From contig NC_043006.1 in NCBI RefSeq assembly GCF_006345805.1, positions 76,198,001 through 76,262,000 of the forward strand: a stretch of 64,000 nt of DNA, in the 5' to 3' direction. Under the pieces are notes generated by a model. The model was not told the origin of the DNA. It was given only the letters and a program-made list of their open reading frames with translations, and did not search any database. The stretch's first letter is position 1, and each line of letters opens with the position of its first letter. The DNA is from Octopus sinensis (taxonomy: Eukaryota). Below are positions 53,411-64,000 of this stretch, piece by piece. Made by a program: the position numbers and the translations under genes.

Positions 53411-54644
53411 TATGAGGTTTGACTGAAAAGTTCATATTATTACTATGAGGGTGTAATGCTAGAGCTGTTAAATCTTGCATGCCTTAATTTTAGCTTCCCT
53501 GATTAATATATGAATTGTTTATTTCTAGGTAAACTGATTTCTGACTGCCGAAAGATAATTTCAAAAGTAACTTGAAGCGAATTCTCTTGAATAAGAAAGA
53601 AATTTGTTATCGTTGTTTAGCCTGCAAGGACAGTCATGCTGACATGATTGCTACATTAGGGCATGAAGCTCCAACTGTGCAAAAGTGAACGGATGAATTT
53701 AGGAGGAGAAGAAAGGGTCTTGAAAATGACCTAAACTAAGATCTGGACGACCTGCAACTGTCACAACCGAGAAATACATTGACCATGTTCGCGACATGCC
53801 TATGGATGACAGATGATCGACTATAAATTAAATAGCCCCTGGTATTAGCATATTCTGTGAAAGAGATGAGAATATTCTGCACAATAAACGTCGCATGACG
53901 AAGGTTTCTGCTCAGTATGAGCCATGTCTTCTGATACTTGATCAAAAGCACACCAGACTGATCACAGCACGGGCGAATATGTCATTGTTTGAGGCAGATC
54001 CAGTTGGTTTCCTCGAACGTTTCCTAACTCAGGATGAATGTTACCTTGACAGGCCCCTCACTTTGAGCCAGATACAAAGAGACAATCCATACAGTGGAAA
54101 CTCCCCTCCACCCCTGCTTCAAAGAATGCCAATTACTTTTTATATGTGGAAAAGTTGTTGGTCTCTGTTTTTGGAATGCAAAAGGCATTGTGTTTTTCTT
54201 CAAAAGTGCCACACCACCAATGGTGAGTACTGTGTCAAACTTGCTGTGACAGAGGAGACTATCAAGACCGAACACCTAGATAAACTGACGGAAGGACAGT
54301 GCTGCTGCACACAGATCCTTCTTTTCAATGTATGCTGTACGAGACTGACTATGAACCAGTTGATCACGCTCATTTTTCTCCTGATTTGACTCCATCTAAC
54401 TGTCACCTGTTCCCTAACAGGACAAATTAATAGTAATGCAGTCATGATGATGTCATATCTGCTATTCATAACTTATTTGATTAACAGGGTGACAGTTTCT
54501 CCACGAATGGGATTCAAGCACTGCAACACCGATAGAAGAATTATGTGAGCCGCAATAGAGATTATGTTTAAAGATAAAGCTCATCGGGCTACGTTTCCTG
54601 AGAATATCTTGGTCATCCTATGACCATTTCAGCAGGTCCTCGTA
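53411..54644 (+). mobile_element. Near-full-length decayed mariner (DD34D-type) DNA transposon with TIRs
   Basis: TIR-like ends TATGAGGTTTGACTGAAAAGTTCATA (53411) and the reverse complement of the right end TACGAGGACCTGCTGAAATGGTCATA (54644). MTKVSAQYEPCLL..DQK..FLERFLTQDE and FSPDLTPSNCHLFPN motifs. About 1.23 kb. Confidence 0.88.
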
Positions 54645-57276
54645 TTTGTCTGTATTATACACGGACATCTTTTAATTGTTTCTGTCTTAAGACGTAGTGT
54701 AGTCGAGAAAATCGAACCCTTTACTAATTTCGTTTAAAATCCGGTACTAACTATATCGATATCTGCCGCTGAGCCTCTGAGTGTAGAACGGAAATAGTCT
54801 ATTCCATTAGTCTAAACCAAGCTTCATACCGTCAAAAGGCAACTGATGAAGTAGTCAGTCTGTTAGCTCAGCAACAAAAATCAATGTCATGGAACTGAAA
54901 CTGTAAAGCGGAAGGTGGGGCGATAGAGAGAGGAAAAAGAAGATAGTGAATTCTTTGTTTCGGAGAACTTCGTTTGAAATACGCCGTCTTTCAAACTGCT
55001 AAAAATATAAAACCAACAGAAATAAATCACACTCTTCTGCATTCAATAAGGCGTATATTTAACGACATAAGTCTTGATAGAAAAAGCCTTTCATCCTTGT
55101 TCTCTCCAACTGGGACTAATCTGAAAATACATAACAACAACCATAAAGACGTCTACTTAGAGAGTTGGAGAAGGTTGGTAACAGGCAAATGTCCTGCTTG
55201 ATAAAGCAGTCAAATCTCCTACTCATATCCCATCCAGCCATACAAAATAAGGCGAATGCAATCTGAAAATTGAAATCTCACGTTAACTATCACACACACA
55301 CACACACACATACACACACAAACACACACATAAGCGAGCGCGCATTAACACGCACACACATACACACACACGATCGCACACACCCACATATAATGTGCGT
55401 GTGTGTGCAACGGTACAAAAAAGCACATGCCAGAGTGGGGGGTGCCTGTTAAGCCCCATAAGCTATATTGCTTTTCAGCATAGGTACAATGCCATATATT
55501 GCGCAGGAATCTAAAATCGATAGAAAGACACCAATTCTCAAATAAACCTTAATTTCTAGGCGAGAGAATCCAACATATCATGGTTGAAAATCCTTTCAAG
55601 TTAGATCCGTATCCACTAGATTTTCCTAAATAATCCCCATCCAGTTCTTGCATACCTGTCTTAACTCATACGACCTTGCTCTTGTCACCATTTAACAGAG
55701 GCTCTCATTGGTCTCTTCATGGGTGTGTGCAGCACATAGACCATATATTTTCCGTGAGAGTTTGTGATGAGATCCTTTATGTTACTCACCTGGCCATTTT
55801 TATACAGTGGTGGCAAAATGTTTTGGAACATTATTTTAAAAATTAAAATTGTTATGCTTAATATACGCTCCAACCAAACATAACTTTGGGCATTCAATAT
55901 AAAAATTCTTTCAGACCTAAGCGCCAGACGTTTGGCCAAGTAATAATATATTGCAAATTAAATATAACTTTGGGCATTTGATATAAAAATTCTAATTCCC
56001 AGACCTATCTCCCAAACTTTCGGCCAGAACTGTACTTTCTGTTTATTTCCTGCGTTCGAAAGACAGCAATAATACAATTCGATTCTTAGTGCACAACACA
56101 ATTTACTTTCATTTTACAGTTTCTGTATTCAAATCTTGACTGTTTTGCCTTTATGTTTAATCTTTCTTACTTTTTAAATGAATATAAATCCTGTCCTGCG
56201 GTTGATTTAATAAAGAATTCCGTTCTTTCTACTCGGTGTGTGAATAGCTCATTGCTCCAGTAAGAAATATAAATATTCACTTCTTACACATTCACCAGTC
56301 AATATTTGGAGAAGGTAAAATCTAATCAATATTATCGATCATAGAAAAGCAGGGAATGTGTTTATTACCGCCTAAAAAATTAAACTAGAAATCTCAGCCC
56401 CGAAAGGCATTAAATACGAAGCTGTCTTCATACTAACACCTCAATCAGGTTGCTACAGCCGAGGGGCTGATTTGATTTCAATAGCTCAAATGTCGATTGT
56501 CACATACTAGTTTTAAAATTGATTGAAACGACTATAGTTTATTAATGGTACTGATTTTCTCTACCCTCTGCAGAGGCTCCATGGAAAATGGTATTTAAAA
56601 ATATGCAGTTTGATGTAAAATATATTTTCTGGCGATCTGGTAAATTTGCAATATGCAATCTACTTATAAATCAACATAGATAAACATTTAGTTCGACGCC
56701 TGGAGATAGATTGTTAAAGAATTCACATATTCTAAGTGGAACAAAATTTCCCACATGGAATAACATTACGTGTAAAGAGAAATATATTGGATACATCCAA
56801 CAAGATACACACAAAATTTAGCTATCAAAATACTAATAAATGCTTGTGATAAAGTCATATAATTATTTATTTTAGCGAATATTTTAGCCGATTTTGGTCG
56901 ATGCAGACTGTTAATGACCTCTTCGATCTTTAAACGTTGTATTGACAATTTAGAAAACGAATAATTCAGTGAAATCTCTAGAAGTAGGTTTTTATGAATG
57001 AGTTACACCACCACGCCCACTCAAGCAGGCGGTTTCAAAACCTTGCTGTAGGTAATGCATACAATTAACAGGTGAAGGGAGTGAATCTTTTCTGCCTCAT
57101 CGTTCTTATAATTCAGGGATCTTAAAACAGTGTTATGTATTGAATAGATTATTTTGGAGACAAAATATACACCGTTTGCATACGAAACTCTGAAAGGCAA
57201 CATGTACATTGAGAACGATTAAATTTATAAATGGATAACAAGGAACACGTAAAAAGAAGAGGCAAGACAGTTACAA

Positions 57277-57560
57277 CATCATCATCATCGTTTAACGTCC
57301 GTTCTTCATGCTAGCATGGGTTGGACGGTTCGACCGGGGATCTGGGAGCCAGAAGGCTACACCAGGCTCCAGTCTTATCTGGCAATGTTTCTACAGCTGG
57401 ATGCCCTTCCTAACGCCAACCACTCCGTGAGTGTAGTGGGTGCTTTTTACGTGCCACCTGCACAGGTGCCAGGCGAGGCTGGCAACGGCCACGGTCCGAT
57501 TGGTGTATTTTACGTGCCACCGGCACGGAAGCCAGTCGAGGCGGCGCTGGCATCGGCCAC
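57277..57560 (-). mobile_element. 5'-truncated SINE-like retroposon with (GAT)n tail
   Basis: Minus strand ends CCGTCCAACCCATGCTAGCATGAAGAACGGACGTTAAACGATGATGATG; internal duplicated GTGGCACGTAAAA blocks. Confidence 0.75.
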
Positions 57561-58131
57561 TCACATAATAAAACGATTTGCTTGAATGCAGTTTTATTGA
57601 AATCTAACTCGTGAAAGTGACGTTATTGTGTTTAATAGAGGTTAGATGCATTTTCCTGAAAATAGAGAACGCGAATTTCACATGATAAAACAGAATGTCA
57701 TGCGTTTGGTAGTCAAGATATGCAAAGTGGAAGTTAGTGTGAATATTAAAATATAAATTAGTTTTCCATTCCACCATGATTACTTAGTTCTGACATAACA
57801 CCGAACGGTTTAAAAGTCACTGACGTTTTGTGAATTCTGATAGTATATCCAACCACTCTACTGAATTAAAAGAACCTACGCTTAAATGAGAGAAATGGAA
57901 TTTGAACAGTTCTATTTTGTTTCTCGATCATTTTCTGATCAGTTACTGTATTTATGAACGTGCATTTTCATTTCCTTACTAATAAACGTGTCTTGATATG
58001 CCATAGGATTAAAATTTTCTTAAAATATTAGACGAATTCTATGTTCTCATTCATCAAATTATGTATAGAAACATACATACATTTTATATATACACATACA
58101 CACACATGTATATAAACAGATATGTGTATAC

Positions 58132-58230
<99 letters not shown>

Positions 58231-58594
58231 TTCAGTTGAATATGGTACTTAAGTTGAGGCACCAGAATTTAGTACGGCATTGTCTATACAATTTCAAAAT
58301 AAGTAGATTAAAATCAAAAGTAAGCAACAAGGGTATCCAGAGGTACTGCAGTACGATCGTTTCATGCTAGTCCATTTAATTGAACAATGCAATCAATATA
58401 TCAATTTAAAATGCAGAGCAATCTTCAGCTACACATAGACATAGAATTTAATTAAATTAGAACAGATGGACACATTAGTATAATTATATCTAAAATCTCC
58501 AAGAATTTAATGAGGCAGACAAAGAACATACTATTTCCATATAAATGTCCTGAAAGCTCCTCACAGCCTTGTCTTTGCTATCTCATCTCGTCTA

Positions 58595-58690
<96 letters not shown>

Positions 58691-60119
58691 ATAAATATTC
58701 ATGACTGTCTTTGCACGCGCGCGTGTGTTCATGTGTTAGTGTTTTGTGAGAATAGAATACTGTCTTTGTAAAAGAAACTGGGAGTATTACAAAGAAAATA
58801 TAATGAGAAAAAGAAAACTGTCATGCAGAACATCACGCATACGAGGAAAATAAAAGGAGAGCTTTGATTGTCGCCGATTTTCCAAAATGCAACTGTCTTT
58901 CAATGTATTCGAATAATTAAAAAATAAAATAAATTTTCGTGTAGTAATTAGTTGTACGCAATAACTTGGCCTATATACATCTTTTGATATCTTGGCATTT
59001 GAATTAAAGTTGTATTAAAAAAGGAATAGCAAAAGATCTGACGCATCATGAATTCAGTACAGAATATATCCGGGAATATCAAATTTGAAAAAAAAAAACC
59101 AACAAAATACAAAAAGTACAAAACAAAAACGAAAAGAAGATACAAGCTAAATTGTAAGAAAGAAGGCATCTTGGCCAATGAAGTTAAAATGGAAAGAGAT
59201 TATATTTCTTCAAAGCATACTCAACGAAATATGTCAAAACTATATATGGGAAACGTATTCCCAATAACACGATGTATCTGTGTGCGTGAGTGTGATTGCG
59301 TGTGTGTGTGTGTACGTGCATGTAAATATGCATATATATATATATAGGGATATATATAAAAGGATTTATGTATACCTACGTAAATATAAATGTATATGTA
59401 ATTTGTGCATGTGTATATGATGCTTTTATTATAAGATGTCATTTTACTGTAAAATAATACATGATAGTTTTCTACTATGCGTGTTTAAAAAAGTATTCAG
59501 AATTGCTGGTTCACGATTGTTTTTTAAATAAAAGAATGAATAAAATGAAATAAAGGAATATTTGTCGGCTACCTAACTATATGAATTAAAAGTTTGCCTG
59601 AGTTAGATGAGTTATATTAAAAAAGGTGATGGTTGGGGATATGGTAGGAATTCTGATGGTATTAAGAAAGGATTATTATTGTACAATATAGGTCTGTTAT
59701 AAAGAAATCATTTGCGATCAAATTGGAAACCACAATGTGAGTAAACCATAAAATATAATACTTGGATTAACTTGTCTACGTGGTTGTATTGATTATTGGA
59801 TTAAAGCTCAAGTTTAACGAGGAATATCTGGAAGATAACGGAATTTGTCACATCGTATATATATGTCTTGGTTTTAATGTAAAGTACACTGTGAATTCCT
59901 GGAAGACATCCTTGTTTACTGATAGAAATATGTAGGTTAATTTCGTAAGTTTTGTATAGTACATGAATATTTGAAATTAATATTACTGGATGTCCATGTG
60001 TGTATTTTCAGTTTTCATCCACTTTGCATTCATGGTCTATTCATTTTAAGCATAGAAGAGCATTGAAGTTCAACACTTAGGAGTACACGTCAATGATAAG
60101 TTGAAAAAACACATCAAGA

Positions 60120-60360
60120 TCTATTATATAAAATCCGTTCTGTCTGTCTCTGTGTGTGTCTTCTAGGATCTTGGGCATCCTCCATCCCATTGCGCTCAAA
60201 TTTCATATGTAGATACCGACGGTATCAGGGTGTGTATAAGCCTTGAACAAAAATACAAAAATTGATTCCAGGTGCGAATGCGATCGATAAAGCTGTGGGA
60301 ACGTGTATTTGAACGCACAGGTATATCAGTGGAAATCCGTCTTTTGCTGGTGTCACAAAT
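60120..60360 (+). mobile_element. Helitron-like 5' end fragment
   Basis: A|TCTATTATATAAAA start followed by a TCTGTCTGTC repeat, the same layout as the element at 20064; 3' end not found. Confidence 0.4.
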
Positions 60361-61120
60361 TTAGGTTAAATCAGTGTTTCACAAAGGGGAAGCCTATGGG
60401 ACCGTCGGACAAGTTGTTTTGAGAAAATTTGGTTTAAACGTTTGACAACTCAACACCATCGATTGGATGGGGGTGTTTTGCTCGTAGTTAATATATAGCG
60501 GTTGATGCTCAGGTATATAATTTTAGATAAAACCTAGTCACTGGAAATTTATCTACGAAGCCCAAAACGACACCTCACCAATTGATTTAGGGCAAAATAA
60601 CACAATAGATTTACAGGTGCGTATTTACGTGACGTGATAGCGAAAGAATAGAGCACAACATAATATTCAAGAAGTAAGTTAACTTGGTCAAATATACTAT
60701 ATAACCATGAGAAAGGAATATATAAACTAGGAGAGCTGGGAAGACTTGTAAGAGTCAGTTACGTACTGCAATCAAGACCGTCAACAAATTATAATCCCTG
60801 GAAAAATAAAAACAGAAATAATCTGCTATGTGACTTCAACAAATGAGAAGGAGGTTTAATGTTTATTTTCACGTTATTCATTTTAAGCCTCTTAAATGAA
60901 TGATCCGATTCTACAAAATTTCTAAGGCTGCTATACAGGCTTGAGGATTGGATTAGACGCAATAGCCATTGTATTTAAAATGTAAAGCACGATTTCAACA
61001 GCCATAATTTTATAACTTTCAATCGTCAAATTTTATCACATGATATACATAAAATGCTCAAGCTCCAGATATAAAGGAACATTTCAGTTTCTGATATGTG
61101 TTAACAACTCCTTAAACTGA

Positions 61121-61171
<51 letters not shown>

Positions 61172-61900
61172 ATATAAAGATTAATCCCCTTAGACTTCGC
61201 TAACCCATCCATATTTTAAACCTATATATTTGCTGGGCTTTAATAAAACTATTTCTTTCTGCGTAACTTTAGAGCAGCCTACCAGTAACCACTTAAAATT
61301 ATACCACATATCCGTACATGGCATGCAAATTGAAATGTAAACCGACATCATCACATTAGTTACTTCGACTTGTGGTGTCACACCACATTACCATCAGTAA
61401 CTGAGTGCTGAAATTCGGAACCCTTTGGTCCATAGACTAGCTGACTCTGCTAGTTCGTTTCGTCGATCTCGTGGAAACTTATAATCCTGGTGTTGCTGAG
61501 TTGAACATTTGCGGATCTCAAATATTCTTACTTATTTGATATTATTGACGGTTAACGGCATCCTCAAAACTTAGAGTAATGAGGAGCTAAGCAAAGTATT
61601 TTCAAAACACATACAACTTTAACTATGTTGAGTGTTCATATTACACGTATAACCCCACATGCAGACAGAGAGAAAGACAAGCAAACATACACATACAATG
61701 CATATTTGTGTGTGTTTTGAAGGTTTTGCTTCATAGCCAAATACATTGGAATATTTCAGAATAACTTGTATTATATATTTTAAGAGATATGGATAATCAT
61801 TTGAGGGAATGAAATGTAATGAATTCAATGAAATTTTGCGTTTCTTAGAAAGCATAACATAAAATATAGAGAAATTGCAGTATGAGATGTTAAAATATAA

Positions 61901-62104
61901 TATTTTCTGCTATAAGCAAAAGGCCTGAAATTTCGGGGAGAAATTTGGTCGATATCAGTTCTAAACAGGTACTTATTTCATCGACTCTGAAAGGATAAAA
62001 GGCAAAGTAGACTTCAAAAGAATTTGAACTCACAACGTAAAGGCGGACGAAGTGCCGCAAAGCAATTTCCCAAATGTACTTACGTTCTATCAGCTCACAG
62101 CCTT
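61901..62104 (-). mobile_element. SINE family A (A2 tail), diverged
   Basis: Core AAAGGATAAAAGGCAAAGTAGAC..GAATTTGAACTC and the A2 tail. Confidence 0.75.
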
Positions 62105-63615
62105 AAAGATGATAGATATAATAACTATATCTATCTTATGAATCACACCATACCGTATGCAGAACAACAGGAAGCATTCAGTAATGAGTTTCGAAGTAGA
62201 TTATATCTCAATAGAATAAATGCTGGTTACTGATGGAAGGCCTATTAGTTTAATCAGGGAAAAAGTTGGGGCTACACCATTATACAAATCGCATCGTCTT
62301 CTGAAGCATGACTATTTACGGATTGGTTTAATGCCAATTTATTTTCGAATGCTATATATTTGGTCAATAAAAGGTACGAAATTGATAATGATATTAGATA
62401 TTCAGTTTAATCTCATTCATTTTTGTTCTGTATTCTCCCTTTCACGAATATCATGTTTTACGCACTGGTGACAAATATATTAGCCAAAGTTCATAATTAC
62501 AGAATCACTTTATGATTCTCTCATATCATCGTAATCATTTATTCTGATTTATAGACTCTGTCGCTTATATCTTCAATAAATTATTCTAAAGTGTTACTGG
62601 TGTCCATCTTACTATATCTAATGAATTCATTAAACACATCGATTACGTTAATTACTTATGCAATAGAATAAGATTAATAGAATTAGAATCAATGAAAGAC
62701 GGATAAATCCAATATTTCTAACGTGAATAAGGAAGCAATGAATTCATACTTTTCTTATTGAATGTTTGTATTGTCAATTCAAATTCATAACATTACAAAC
62801 ATTATTTGATGTATACCAAGGCTGAATATATTCTGAACGATATCGATTTTTTAATTGCATAGAGATGAATATATTGGGTGTTATTTGGGGCTGTTATTTA
62901 AAAACTATTGAATACATTACACACAATTCTTATCTTAAAGATACAGGACTGTTCACATGATATGTTCGGTGTATAATTCAAAGTTTTTCAACATGTGAAA
63001 CACAGGATTGCGCATTATTTAAATCAATCACACAACACACACAGATATATGACGCACGAGTATTTACGAAACAAAGAGTGGTGTGTATGCTCAGGTCTAA
63101 TGTATTTTTGTTATATAGTAAAATGTTTTTAATCCTATACTCTTAGTCAATAATAAAGAAAATGCGCGAGATTGATCTAGATTCTGATAAGAATATGTTA
63201 TCTTTAAACGATACTCCAAAAATGGAATGGACTTCTAATAGGACTCAAATACCATCGAGGTTATGTGCTTTTTGTAACAAAGCAGTCGATACCAATATAA
63301 ACTGGATTATTCTAGAATCGGTTTTAAAAATAATGATGGGAAATAAATATTCTAAAGAATTAAACTGAATTTCCGATATAATTAGTAAGTAGATTGAAGG
63401 AAAACCTCGTAAAAGTACACCAACAAATTAATGAGATAGAGATATCATGGAAGAATTTCCGAGGGTAAGCGGTTAAAATTTGGAGAAATTCCATCAGATA
63501 AAGAACAAGAAAACATAGTTTAATTGGGAGGGAAGCACACATGTGAGGCTTTCGATTTCATGGTGTATAAAAATCCATAAACAACAGTAATATATTGCTG
63601 ATATATTTCCATTAC

Positions 63616-63824
63616 AATCCTTTCTACTATAGGCACAGGGCCCGAAATTTTGGGATGGTGGGGACTAGATGATATGATCGACACCAGTGCACAACTGGTA
63701 CTTAATGTATCCACCCCGAAAGATGAAAGGCAAAGTTTACCTTTGAACTCCGAACAGAGCGACGGGCGAAATACTGCTAAGCATTACGTCCAGCGTGCTA
63801 ACGATTCTGCCAGCTCGCCGCCTT
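63616..63824 (-). mobile_element. SINE family A (A2 tail)
   Basis: Head AAGGCGGCGAGCTGGCAGAATCGTTAGCACGC, core and A2 tail. Confidence 0.88.
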
Positions 63825-63857
63825 ACGTTCCCATTATAATATTATCGAAAGAGTCTT

Positions 63858-64000
63858 TTCGTTCAGAGCTCAAATTCCACCGTGGTAGGCTTCGCCTTTC
63901 ACCCTTTTGGGGTCGAGAAATTAAGTATCAGTTGCTTACTGGAGTCGATCTAATCGAATGGCTTCTCCCCCAAAATGTCGGGCCTTGTGCCTAGAGCGAA
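63858..64000 (+). mobile_element. SINE family A (A2 tail), 5'-clipped, head-to-head with the previous copy
   Basis: CGTTCAGAGCTCAAATTCCACC..GGGGTCGAGAAATTAAGTATCAG..CCCCCAAAATGTCGGGCCTTGTGCCTAG. Confidence 0.8.

Noticed and set aside
55880-56028. Imperfect two-copy tandem repeat, period about 84 bp
   Set aside because: Ordinary local duplication with no further structure.
62228-62270. CTGATGG-AAGGCC...GAAA motif
   Set aside because: A9 is changed, stem II does not close and there is no cleavage triplet.

Overview
Strongly AT-rich, microsatellite-dense animal non-coding DNA. It is most likely from a coleoid cephalopod (Octopus-like); this is inferred from the SINE families and repeat make-up as I remember them, not from a search. 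I found no intact host protein-coding gene, and most ORF-track entries are (TA)n/(CA)n/(AAT)n artefacts. Supported content: (i) many tRNA-derived SINEs of at least 4 families, including multimers with a fixed 184-bp period; (ii) decayed TEs: a Ty3/Gypsy gag-protease-RT start with PBS, a Penelope-like element (RT thumb + GIY-YIG), RTE, CR1/L2-like and R4/Dong-like LINE pieces, three Tc1/mariner remnants and a non-autonomous Helitron; (iii) a full-length but diverged U6 snRNA copy fused to a SINE. The most interesting signal is a set of short non-coding elements docked in (TA)n/(TACA)n microsatellites that carry self-cleaving ribozyme motifs. These are type I hammerheads at 6365-6442, at 48708-48755 with its mirror at 48804-48851 inside a 200-bp palindrome, and a variant at 12862-12897, plus an HDV-like fold at 49440-49497. 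They occur as fold-back palindromes or direct-repeat-bounded units. All coordinates and RNA folds were read by eye and need computational confirmation.
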